Part shown: positions 39,358-47,657 of the stretch, one piece after another
Position numbering within the stretch: the stretch's first letter is position 1
Layout: each line of letters begins with the position of its first letter
Assembly: GCA_938040325.1 (NCBI GenBank)
Contig: CALHXW010000314.1
Span: forward strand, 9,154-73,153
DNA: 64,000 nucleotides
Direction of reading: 5' to 3'
From: an uncultured bacterium
GTDB taxonomy: Bacteria; Myxococcota_A; UBA9042; PHBI01
Program-made: the position numbers and the translations under genes
Notes under the pieces: model-generated
What the model saw: the letters and a program-made list of their open reading frames with translations, nothing else
The model's database searches: none
Told to the model about the DNA's origin: nothing

Positions 39358-40464
39358 ATGAAGACTCTCCTCCTTCCTTTGGCTGCAGCGTGCATGCTCA
39401 GCACCGCATGCAGTGATGACGGCACGGCCGAGTACAGCGACGACTGGGGTAGCGACGAGGTTGTGGCTGGCGGGAAGGCAGACGGCCTCATCGATCTTGC
39501 GCCGAAGCTCGCCTATGGCGGCGAAGTCAGCGGCCGTGTTGGCGGCGACGCGCTCAACGTGTTCTCGATGAAGCTCGACCGCAACGACACGTTCACGCTC
39601 AAGATGACGGTCACCAGCGGCGACCTCAACCCTCACATCACGCTCTTTGAAGGGACATCGCGCTACATCTCATCGGTGTCGTGGAACCGCAGTGGCGATG
39701 TCCTGACCAAGGTCTACAAGGCCGACGACGCAGGGGACTACGCGGTCGTCGCTCGAGCCTACCGCGGCGACGGCGAGGGCGAGTACACGATCACCGCAGC
39801 CTGCGATGCCGGGCCCTGCGCGGGGCAGCTCAACCCGCCGGATGCTGTCCTCGACATCGAGGAGTCCGCGGAGTGCATCACCCAGGCCCGCCAGTGCGCC
39901 TTCGACCGCGTGTCGCGCTACAACGGCGCAGTCGGCGACGCCCGCGCTGCCGAGCTGTGGACGGAGTGCCTGACCGAAGCGAGCATCGACGGAGGCACCA
40001 GCTGTGCCACGGCGTGCAGCGAGCATGATGATGCCAAGTGGCACTGCAACGACGTGACCTCGGCGCTGAAGTTTTACGCCGACCAGTCCGACAGCTGCCT
40101 GACCACCCTCGACGAGTGCTTCAGCGAGTGTTGGGGCGCGGGTTGGGGCACTCCATCGTCCGACGAGTTCTGGGAAACCGACGAGTCGATCTGTTGGGGC
40201 GGCGGGCTCAACGGCAACTGCGACACCTACGCGCGCTCTACGGCTGCCTGCGGTGGCTGCGTTGCTCCCGACACGTGGGCCGACTGCACCAACTTCTGCC
40301 ACTCGACGATCGGCGCCCACATCGACGATCTCGACACCATCTGTGACGAGAGCTGCGAAGAGATAGCTGACGAAGAGTGCACTGAGGCATGCGAGGGCTC
40401 GACCGACGGCGACTGCGAGGGCGAGTGCCTCGACTTCCTGTGGGACACCATCGACTGCGAGTAG
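39358..40464 (+). CDS. Secreted lipoprotein with PPC-like beta-sandwich region and Cys/acid-rich C-terminal half
   Basis: MKTLLLPLAAACMLSTACSDDG is a signal peptide plus lipobox. GEVSGRVGGDALNVFSMKLDRNDTFTLKMTVTSGDLNPHITLFEG resembles pre-peptidase C-terminal domains. Confidence 0.7.
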   Translation: MKTLLLPLAAACMLSTACSDDGTAEYSDDWGSDEVVAGGKADGLIDLAPKLAYGGEVSGRVGGDALNVFSMKLDRNDTFTLKMTVTSGDLNPHITLFEGTSRYISSVSWNRSGDVLTKVYKADDAGDYAVVARAYRGDGEGEYTITAACDAGPCAGQLNPPDAVLDIEESAECITQARQCAFDRVSRYNGAVGDARAAELWTECLTEASIDGGTSCATACSEHDDAKWHCNDVTSALKFYADQSDSCLTTLDECFSECWGAGWGTPSSDEFWETDESICWGGGLNGNCDTYARSTAACGGCVAPDTWADCTNFCHSTIGAHIDDLDTICDESCEEIADEECTEACEGSTDGDCEGECLDFLWDTIDCE

Positions 40465-40653
40465 TCGTCACCAGGGTCGGCGCGCCGGACACGGTCGTCC
40501 GCGCGCCCTCTTTTGTGACGACTCAGCAACAATTTTCCCCTGACCTCACCGCCCCTTGACAGTGCCGACGGTCTCCCGTCACGGTGCGCTCCAAGTGGGC
40601 CAGACCCCCAACCGGGCCAATGAGTGGACCCTCGGCACGACACGGAGCACGAC

Positions 40654-42477
40654 ATGATCATGCGCAAGAACCTCATTCTCTCGACGGTCTTCGCGGCCAG
40701 CCTCAGCCTCGGCTTTGTGGCTTGCGGCGACGACGACGATGGTGGCGGCACGACCGACACCGATGTCACGCAGACGGACACAGGCCTGACGGACACCGGC
40801 GGAGTCGACACGACCACGCCGGCGGACACGACCACGCCGGCGGACACGACCACGCCGGCGGACACGACGCCTCCTGCGGACACGACCCCGCCGGACGACA
40901 CGACGCCCGCCGACGCCATGGACGACACCACGACGCCGGACGACACCACGACGCCGGACGACACCACGACGCCGGACGACACCACGACGCCGGACGACAC
41001 CATGGACGACACAGCCATGCCGCCGGACGACACCATGAACGACACGAGCATGCCGCCGACTGGCGCTCAGGCTCAGATCGAAGCGGCGCGTGCGGCTGCC
41101 GAGGGCGCGACCGACCCGGTCACCGGCGCATGGACCATCGATGGCGCGGTCGTCACCTACGTCAAGCCAGCCATCGGCTCGGACCTCGCTGGCTTCTTCA
41201 TCCAAGCTGAAGCGACGGGCCCGGCGCTTTTCCTCGCCTGGGACACCGCACCGATGCCGAACGTCGGCGACGTCGTCACGGCCGCCATCACTGAGCTGGA
41301 CGTCAGCGGAGGCACCACGTTCGCGTCAGCCGTCGATAGCGTCACCGTTGGCGCCAACGTCGGCATTGCTGGATTCGCACAGGACATCAGCAACATCGAC
41401 GCCGTGGCGATGCTCAACGACCTTGAGTCTGAGCTTGTGACCGTCACCGGCACGCTCACCGGCACCTTCGGCTTCGCCGGCTCGATGCACTCGGCCGCGA
41501 CCTTTGACACCGCTGGACTCGTCGGCTCGGGCGACCTGCGACTGCGGCTCCCTGACGCGCTGCTCGCGACCCTTTCGCTGAGCCCAGGCTGCTCGTTCAC
41601 CGTCACCGGAACGCCGATGTGGCGCTTCAACCAGGTCGCACAACCGTCGGCATGGGATGCGTCGGAGCTGACCATCAACGGCTGCGCTGCCCCCACCGTG
41701 ACGTCAGCTGCGGCGACCTCCGCGACCGAAGTCCGCGTGTCCTTCAGCGCCGACATCGACGCGGCGAGCGTCATGGCAGACGGCAGCCAGTTCACGTTCG
41801 ACAACGGCCTCACCGCGAGTGCTGCGACCGCTGCGGGCAGCACCGTGACCCTGACGACCAGCGCCCAGACGGCCGGCACCAGCTACACGGTGACGGCGGC
41901 ATCCAGCGTCCTCGACACCCTGGGTGGCGGCGTTGACTCGGCAGCCAACACCGCAACCTTCACGGGTTTTGCGGCCACGGCTCACCTCGTCATCAATGAG
42001 ATCGACTACGACCAAGCCGGCACCGACATGGACGAGTTCGTCGAGATCTTCAACCCGACCTCCGGTCCGCTTCCGCTGACCGGACTTGAGCTCCAGCTCA
42101 TCAACGGCAACGGTGCTGTGGCGTACGACAACATCGACCTCGGCCAGGCTGGCGCCGAGCTCGCTGCTGGCGCCTACTTGGTCGTCGGCTCGTCCACCGC
42201 CGTGGTCACCGCCGGCGGTGGCATCGACATCGGCAGCAGCAACCTCATTCAGAATGGCCCCGACGGCGCTGCCATCGTGGAGGTCGCCACCGGAACCATC
42301 ATCGACTCGATGACCTATGAGGGCGACATCCCCGGCTACAGCGAAGGCACCTTTGCTCCTGGCGACAGCGCCACCGAGTCGCTCAACCGCTGCCCTGACG
42401 GCGTCGACTCCAACGACAACAGCGCAGACTTTGTGCTGACCCCGCCGACGCCTGGCGCCGCAGGCACTTGCCCGTAG
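40654..42477 (+). CDS. Secreted lipoprotein: Asp/Thr/Pro repeat linker + Ig-like region + lamin-tail-domain (LTD)-like C-terminus
   Basis: ATG at 40654 has GGAG 7 nt upstream. The lipobox is LGFVAC. TTPADT and DDTTTP repeats are present. HLVINEIDYDQAGTDMDEFVEIFNPTSGPLPLTGLELQLINGNG resembles an LTD. Confidence 0.75.
   Translation: MIMRKNLILSTVFAASLSLGFVACGDDDDGGGTTDTDVTQTDTGLTDTGGVDTTTPADTTTPADTTTPADTTPPADTTPPDDTTPADAMDDTTTPDDTTTPDDTTTPDDTTTPDDTMDDTAMPPDDTMNDTSMPPTGAQAQIEAARAAAEGATDPVTGAWTIDGAVVTYVKPAIGSDLAGFFIQAEATGPALFLAWDTAPMPNVGDVVTAAITELDVSGGTTFASAVDSVTVGANVGIAGFAQDISNIDAVAMLNDLESELVTVTGTLTGTFGFAGSMHSAATFDTAGLVGSGDLRLRLPDALLATLSLSPGCSFTVTGTPMWRFNQVAQPSAWDASELTINGCAAPTVTSAAATSATEVRVSFSADIDAASVMADGSQFTFDNGLTASAATAAGSTVTLTTSAQTAGTSYTVTAASSVLDTLGGGVDSAANTATFTGFAATAHLVINEIDYDQAGTDMDEFVEIFNPTSGPLPLTGLELQLINGNGAVAYDNIDLGQAGAELAAGAYLVVGSSTAVVTAGGGIDIGSSNLIQNGPDGAAIVEVATGTIIDSMTYEGDIPGYSEGTFAPGDSATESLNRCPDGVDSNDNSADFVLTPPTPGAAGTCP
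40807..40992 (+). repeat. Perfect 18-bp in-frame tandem repeats
   Basis: gacacgaccacgccggcg x3 at 40807-40860 and gacgacaccacgacgccg x4 at 40921-40992, with degenerate copies between and after. Confidence 0.95.
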
Positions 42478-42533
42478 CGACAGAGGCGAGCGATCGTCTT
42501 GGGTGCGACGAATCGCACCCGGTCGAACACCCC

Positions 42534-42563
42534 AAGGGCGCAGTCGTAACCGGCTGCGCCCTT
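42534..42563 (+). terminator. Candidate terminator hairpin downstream of the 40654 gene
   Basis: AAGGGCGCAG-N10-CTGCGCCCTT is a perfect 10-bp stem followed by tgcgtt (poor U tract). It is flanked by two further hairpins (42501-42520 and 42581-42602). Confidence 0.35.
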
Positions 42564-42678
42564 TGCGTTCCCGGAACAAAGGCCGGTTTATGTCGACCGG
42601 CCGTGTTGTGAATGCAGGACAATTCACCTAAACCGACCACACGCTTTGATCGATGGTCGATAGGACTCACGGAGTTTC

Positions 42679-44124
42679 ATGCGAGCGCACACGGAAAAAC
42701 TCTCGCTTCTCATCGTCGCAGCTGGGCTCATCATGAGCCCGGTCGCGAACGGAGCGGAGACCTTTGTGCTCGACACGTTCCGGCCGACAACCTCGCTGGG
42801 CAACGGCATCCTCAACGTCTCGACGAGCCGGCTGCTGCCGCACCTAGCTCCTGCCGCTGGGCTCGTCGTGAGCTACGCCGACGACCTGCTCACCCTCGTG
42901 CGCACCGACGACGACGCAACACTCGTCGATCGGCTTGTCGACGACCGGCTGACGCTGCACGTGGACGCTGCGATCGGCTTCTTCGGGTACGCCGAGCTCG
43001 GCATTGGCGTGCCGCTCCATGTCTCACAGTCGGGTGTCGAGCTGTCGGCCATTGGCGCTCCGGGGACCTCCGCGAGTGGCTATGCGACCGGCGACCTGCG
43101 GGTGGTGCCGAAAGTGCGCTTTTGGGATCCGAGGGATGCGCAGGGATTCGGCCTGCACATCTCGCTGCCGATTCACTTCCCCCTCGACACCGAGAGCCCC
43201 TTCGTTAGCGACGGAGACATCCGTTTCGAAGCCCAGCTTGGACTCGATTACCGGCATGCAGCAACGGGCATCCACATCGCTGGCTCGGTCGGCTACCACC
43301 ACCGAGCCGAACGCATCGTCCACAACATCAGCGTTGGCCCAACGCTCGGGTGGGGCCTTGGCGTCCGCGTGCCGGTGGGGCTCACGCCCCTACGCATCGA
43401 CGCGAGCCTCTTTGGCGATGTGTCCTTCAGCGACAACATCGACCTCAACGACGGCACGCTCATCGCCGGCGATCGAGAGCAACCCATCGAGTTCTTGGCG
43501 GGTCCGAGCCTCGAGTTCGGCGAGTGGACTGTCCACTTGGCAGCCGGCGCAGGGATCGTCCGAGATGTCGGCGCACCGACGTGGCGTTTCATCGGGGGGA
43601 TAGGCTTCACCCCCGTCGACGACTTCCTCGACGCTGATGGCGACGGCGTTGGTGACTCTGCGGATGCGTGCCCGCGTGTCGCCGAAGACATCGATGGCTT
43701 CGAGGACGGCGATGGCTGCCCCGACAACGACAACGACAACGACCAAGTAGCAGACAGCATCGACAAGTGCCCCAATGTCCCCGAAGACATCGACGGACAA
43801 AACGATGCCGACGGCTGCCCGGACAAGGATGACGACGGCGACGGTGTCCCGGAAGAGCAGGACCGTTGCCCGGCGGCACCCGAGGACATCGACGGGTTCG
43901 AGGACGAAGACGGCTGTCCCGATGTCGACAACGACAAGGACGGCTTTGAGGACGCCATCGATGACTGCCCGATTGTCCCCGAGGACCTCGACGGCTTCCA
44001 GGACGACGATGGGTGCCCAGAGCCAGACAACGACGGCGACGGCATCCTCGACGGGGTGGACCAGTGCCCAGACTTCGCTGAGACCGTCAACGGTGACGAG
44101 GACGAAGACGGCTGCCCCGAGTAG
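42679..44124 (+). CDS. Outer-membrane beta-barrel-like protein with C-terminal thrombospondin type 3 (TSP3) Ca-binding repeats, no OmpA-like domain
   Basis: Signal peptide is LLIVAAGLIMSPVANGAE. The N-terminal ~300 aa has alternating beta-strand-like sequence. About 8 repeats of the form DxDGDGVxDxxDxCP / EDxDGFxDxDGCPD run up to the stop. Confidence 0.75.
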   Translation: MRAHTEKLSLLIVAAGLIMSPVANGAETFVLDTFRPTTSLGNGILNVSTSRLLPHLAPAAGLVVSYADDLLTLVRTDDDATLVDRLVDDRLTLHVDAAIGFFGYAELGIGVPLHVSQSGVELSAIGAPGTSASGYATGDLRVVPKVRFWDPRDAQGFGLHISLPIHFPLDTESPFVSDGDIRFEAQLGLDYRHAATGIHIAGSVGYHHRAERIVHNISVGPTLGWGLGVRVPVGLTPLRIDASLFGDVSFSDNIDLNDGTLIAGDREQPIEFLAGPSLEFGEWTVHLAAGAGIVRDVGAPTWRFIGGIGFTPVDDFLDADGDGVGDSADACPRVAEDIDGFEDGDGCPDNDNDNDQVADSIDKCPNVPEDIDGQNDADGCPDKDDDGDGVPEEQDRCPAAPEDIDGFEDEDGCPDVDNDKDGFEDAIDDCPIVPEDLDGFQDDDGCPEPDNDGDGILDGVDQCPDFAETVNGDEDEDGCPE

Positions 44125-44292
44125 ACGCCTGAGCGTTCACACTTGACCGTCTCGCAGAAGTCGTGCCACCGGCTGCATCGACAGCTCCCGGCGTCGCGAG
44201 CGTCGAGCACCGATCCCGCGGGCCACGTGACTGACGCTCGCGACGAAGGAATCGGCGACCGGTAGTGTCACAAGCGAGTTACCGGACCACCC

Positions 44293-44350
44293 CAGCGGCA
44301 CACCTCGCTGCATCCCACAATCCGCATTCCCCAGCAACGCAGCTACCAAG
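44293..44350 (+). repeat. Copy A of a ~58-bp intergenic repeat
   Basis: cagcggcacacctcgctgcatcccacaatccgcattccccagcaacgcagctaccaag. By hand alignment it is ~82% identical to copy B and ~70% to copy C. Confidence 0.8.
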
Positions 44351-44473
44351 CTTGCTCAAGCTCAGACGCGGCGACCACTGCCTGCGACGCCACTCAGCAG
44401 TGGTTGAGGCATGAGCTACTGCTGGGTTTGTGACGCTTGCACCTTGACTCGTATCACAACGTGTCACACGGTG

Positions 44474-44504
44474 ATGTCTCACAACCCTGGACAATGTGAG
44501 ACAT
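44474..44504. promoter_or_regulatory. Perfect 10-bp inverted repeat overlapping the RHH gene start codon (candidate autoregulatory operator or start-codon-occluding hairpin)
   Basis: ATGTCTCACA at 44474-44483, N11, then TGTGAGACAT at 44495-44504. The ATG at 44503 lies in the right arm. Additional TCACA(A) motifs occur at ~44268, 44454 and 44464. Confidence 0.5.
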
Positions 44505-44895
44505 GCAAGACGAAGCTGCGAAAGAAAAGAACCAGCGGGTGCTCCACGCCCGCATCCCGGAGTCGCTGGACACGGAGCTAAAGCGTCGTGCATCGACCCT
44601 CGGGATGAGCGTGTCCAACCTTGTTCGCAACGCGCTGCACCATGCGTTTGGGCTGGTCGAAGATGTCATCGCTGACAGTGCCGATGTCGCACGCTCGGCG
44701 CGGGGCGAGGCTGCGCCAGCACGAGCTGCTCTTGCCGATGTCGTCGCCCTCGCGCCGTTGGTGGTGGTTCGGACAACCCCTTGCACCAACTGCGCCCGCA
44801 ACGTGACTGCCGGCGAACAAGCCTTTGCCGCCCTGACGCCTGACGCCCGGGTCCCCGGCGTTCTGTGCCCCACATGCAAACAGGTGATCTCATGA
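44503..44895 (+). CDS. Ribbon-helix-helix (CopG/Arc-like) DNA-binding protein with C-terminal CxxC...CxxC zinc ribbon
   Basis: RVLHARIPESLDTELKRRASTLGMSVSNLVRNALHHAF matches the RHH pattern. The C-terminus has PCTNCARNV...LCPTCKQ. Confidence 0.7.
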   Translation: MQDEAAKEKNQRVLHARIPESLDTELKRRASTLGMSVSNLVRNALHHAFGLVEDVIADSADVARSARGEAAPARAALADVVALAPLVVVRTTPCTNCARNVTAGEQAFAALTPDARVPGVLCPTCKQVIS

Positions 44896-46355
44896 ATCTC
44901 CACGACGCCATCAGCGTTCTTAGCGACTCCGTACGACGACTCGATGCTGGCCTTCAGGGCGCTGGCCGCGCCTGGGGCAAAATGGATGTCCTCTGGCAGA
45001 CCCTGCAAAAGGACGCGGCCACTGTTCGGAAGGACGCGACTCAGCTCGGTGCCACGGCAACTCAGGCCCTGCACGACCTCGCCGCTCTACCTCGCGCTTC
45101 ACGCGTCGCAGCTGCCTTTGCGCCGGCCGTGCTAGCACAGCGTATCCACCTCGGCCGACGGACTCGCGCCACCGATCCCGACGCACTCGATGCCGAGTTC
45201 GACATCGCTCAAGCCAAACGCATCGCTGCGGCCTGCAAGTACCTCGGCGGCGGCGTCCTCAAGGTCGGGCAGATCCTCAGCGCTCGACCCGATCTCCTCT
45301 CACCGGCCTACATCAACGCACTCGCTCAGCTGCAAGACGACGCACAGCCTCTGCATGCAGCCGTCGCGAAGGCGGAGCTCGAGGCGACCTACGGCGCAGA
45401 GCTGAGCACCGTGTTCGCGACCTTCGAGTCCAAGCCCATCGCCGCAGCGAGTGTGGCGCAGGTTCATGCCGCGACGCTTCCCGACGGACGGCGCGTCGTG
45501 GTCAAGCTGCGCCGGCCCGGGATTCGCAGCATTGTGTCTGCCGATCTTCGCGGGATGAAGCACTTGCTCAACACCCTTGAGCCCGCGATCCGTCGCGCGA
45601 TGCCGCCGGAGGTGCTCGCCGAGATCGAGCGGATGGTCTTGGCCGAGTGCGACTTCACCCAAGAGCTCGCCGCGCTGACCCGAGCCGGACTCGCGCTGGC
45701 ACACCGTGACAACGTGCAGGTTCCGGCCCCTATCCCGCACCTCTGCCACGACAACGTCCTCGTCATGACCCATGAGGAAGGCGTCAACCTAGCGACCTAC
45801 CTCAGCGGCGCCGACAAGACGGCGCGCGACGCCGTGCTCACGGAGCTCATCGACCTCTTTGCCGAAGCCGTGCTCGTCACTGGCGAGTTCCACGCCGATC
45901 CGCACCCTGGAAACATCCTTGTGACGCCAACGGGCGGGGTGACGCTGCTCGACTTCGGCGCCGCAGCGGTGCTGCCCGTCGACATTCGACGCCACTACGT
46001 CCAGGCAACGATGGCCGCGGTAGGCGCCAACCCGAAGCAGGCAGCCGAGCACCTCGTGGCGCTGGGCTTTACCTCGGACCCCGAAGAGGCCGAGCGCTTC
46101 GCGGCCGCTGTACTCGCACAGCTACACGCCGACGCCGAGTCGATCGGCGACGACACTTTCGACGCTGTTGCCAACGTCAACGCGCTGATTGGACTGGCGC
46201 GTGACTTCCCAGACGTGGTCGTGCCCGACCATATGGTGCACATCGCGCGCGTGTTCGCGACGCTCGGCGGTCTCTACCTGCGGTACCGGCCCGATGTCCC
46301 GGCCGCCAAGATCCTGATGCGACACCTCGTCGTCGGAAGCGCCAGCACCGCCTAG
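44892..46355 (+). CDS. ABC1/UbiB-family atypical protein kinase
   Basis: Motifs: GGGVLKVGQILSARPDLLSPAYINALAQLQDD, IAAASVAQVHAATLPDGRRVVVKLRRPGI and HADPHPGNILV. ATG at 44892 forms an ATGA overlap with the RHH stop (44892-44895). Confidence 0.9.
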   Translation: MNLHDAISVLSDSVRRLDAGLQGAGRAWGKMDVLWQTLQKDAATVRKDATQLGATATQALHDLAALPRASRVAAAFAPAVLAQRIHLGRRTRATDPDALDAEFDIAQAKRIAAACKYLGGGVLKVGQILSARPDLLSPAYINALAQLQDDAQPLHAAVAKAELEATYGAELSTVFATFESKPIAAASVAQVHAATLPDGRRVVVKLRRPGIRSIVSADLRGMKHLLNTLEPAIRRAMPPEVLAEIERMVLAECDFTQELAALTRAGLALAHRDNVQVPAPIPHLCHDNVLVMTHEEGVNLATYLSGADKTARDAVLTELIDLFAEAVLVTGEFHADPHPGNILVTPTGGVTLLDFGAAAVLPVDIRRHYVQATMAAVGANPKQAAEHLVALGFTSDPEEAERFAAAVLAQLHADAESIGDDTFDAVANVNALIGLARDFPDVVVPDHMVHIARVFATLGGLYLRYRPDVPAAKILMRHLVVGSASTA

Positions 46356-46382
46356 CAGCGTTGCCGGGAAATGCAATTCCCG
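46355..46382. repeat. Inverted half-copy of the intergenic repeat plus 18-bp near-palindrome, directly after the kinase stop
   Basis: gcagcgttgccgggaaatgc (46355-46374) is the reverse complement of gcatttcccggcaacgctgc. It matches 17/20 to 44324-44343 and is near-identical to copy B. CGGGAAATGCAATTCCCG (46365-46382) is a palindrome with one A/A mismatch pair. Confidence 0.75.
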
Positions 46383-46462
46383 ATGACTTCGTGATGCGCA
46401 CCACTGAGGCAACAACCTCGAGATCACCTTGTCCCGACAGGGTTTCCTCTCGTTTGTCACCT

Positions 46463-46520
46463 CAGCGGCACACCTCACTTCGTCCCAGAAACCGCATTCC
46501 CGGCAACGCTGCTAGCAGGG
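46463..46520 (+). repeat. Copy B of the ~58-bp intergenic repeat
   Basis: cagcggcacacctcacttcgtcccagaaaccgcattcccggcaacgctgctagcaggg. Confidence 0.8.
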
Positions 46521-46541
46521 GCCCTTGGGTCGAAGTTCCTG

Positions 46542-46598
46542 TAGCGGCACGCCTCGCTGCGTATGAAGCCGCAGTTCCGGCAACGCGGCGAGCCTGGC
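46542..46598 (+). repeat. Copy C of the ~58-bp intergenic repeat (more diverged)
   Basis: tagcggcacgcctcgctgcgtatgaagccgcagttccggcaacgcggcgagcctggc. Confidence 0.7.
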
Positions 46599-46688
46599 TA
46601 GCCCTGCCCCGGCGGCCCCTCAGCGTGCACGCGGGCGCTTGCGCAGGGGCAGTTGACATGGCGGGCGCGCGATCCCATCGTCGGCGCA

Positions 46689-47612
46689 ATGACTGTCTCG
46701 AAACCGCCGAAGTGGCACAAAATCGCGATACTCTGCGGGGGCCTTGCCGTCGCCGCTGCCGTCGCGCGCTACGTTCTGCAAGGAACGGGCGGGGTCTACA
46801 CCCAGCTCTCCCGCCGCTTCTATGAAAACGATCCGACGCTCGGCTGGACGCTCACCGAGTCGAGCTACGTGTGGCTCGGACTTGAAGTGATCGCAGTGAT
46901 GGCCGTGGTCGTGCTGGCAGCGATCGTTGCCAACCGGTGGTGGGCACGACGGGGCGACCGGGCGTGGACCTGGCTGCGCTGGGGGGCCCACGTGGATGCA
47001 GCGCTTTGCGTGACACTCTTGGCGGTTCCGTTGGTCGCGTTCACGTCAGGCTCGCCGCCTGAGGGTGCCCAAGCGCTCCTTCCAACGAGCGCGGATGCAG
47101 CGAGTGAACAAACAAGCCCGGTCGCGGACGGCACCTACCGAGTGCTGACCTCGGAACACTCGACGGTCGTCGCGACGATCGAAGCAGGTCAGGAGAAGTT
47201 CCAAGGCCGATTCTCACCGCCGACGGGCGAAGTGACCGTGACCCGTGGCACGTGGCGAGGCGCGATAGCCGTGCCTAGCGCCTCGATCGCGACCGGCATC
47301 GACCTGCGCGATGAGCATGCGCGCGGCTACCTGAAGGACACGGAGCACACGACCATCACGGTCGCATTCGATGGCAAACGCGCCGACGGCGTGATCGATG
47401 GCACCATTAAGATTGCGGGCCGCACCGTTGCGCGCCCACTCGCGGTGACGGTCACACCGGTCACCGGTGATGCGGTCGAACGATTGCCCGCCGGTGCGCG
47501 TTACCTCGTTACCGCGAGCCTGACGATCAGCGTCACCGAGGCTGGCCTCGAGCGTGAGGCCTTCGACAGCGACGTTGTCGCCGTCGTCGCCAAGCTTGTT
47601 GTTGGCGACTGA
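46689..47612 (+). CDS. Membrane-anchored YceI-like (polyisoprenoid-binding) domain protein
   Basis: The N-terminal ~130 aa has 3-4 hydrophobic helices. A YceI-like region follows (ADGTYRVLTSEHSTVVATIEAG..FQGRFSPPTGEVTV...ASIATGIDLRDEHARGYL). ATG at 46689. Confidence 0.7.
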   Translation: MTVSKPPKWHKIAILCGGLAVAAAVARYVLQGTGGVYTQLSRRFYENDPTLGWTLTESSYVWLGLEVIAVMAVVVLAAIVANRWWARRGDRAWTWLRWGAHVDAALCVTLLAVPLVAFTSGSPPEGAQALLPTSADAASEQTSPVADGTYRVLTSEHSTVVATIEAGQEKFQGRFSPPTGEVTVTRGTWRGAIAVPSASIATGIDLRDEHARGYLKDTEHTTITVAFDGKRADGVIDGTIKIAGRTVARPLAVTVTPVTGDAVERLPAGARYLVTASLTISVTEAGLEREAFDSDVVAVVAKLVVGD

Positions 47613-47657
47613 CACCAGTACCCGTTCGTTCATTTTGATCCCATCAGGAGAAACACC

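Noticed and set aside
40807-40992. Short perfect direct repeats, considered as a CRISPR-like array
   Set aside because: The repeats are contiguous 18-mers with no spacers. They lie in frame inside a lipoprotein gene and encode DTTTPA/DDTTTP units.
40227-41210. Minus-strand 274-aa (VVSSG repeats) and 208-aa (RRRG repeats) ORFs and the plus-strand 208-aa ORF at 40584
   Set aside because: These are alternative-frame or antisense readings of the Asp/Thr/Pro repeat region. The frame starting at 40654 has an RBS, a signal peptide, a lipobox and a recognisable LTD-like C-terminus.
44295-44312. Sigma-54 promoter reading of the repeat core (GGCAC-N-CTGCA) in copies A and C
   Set aside because: After GGCAC the TGC element starts at the 8th rather than the 7th nucleotide (GGCAC-ACCTCGC-TGC). 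The -24/-12 spacing is therefore one base too long relative to TGGCAC-N5-TTGC, and this spacing is normally invariant. Copy B also lacks the TGC.
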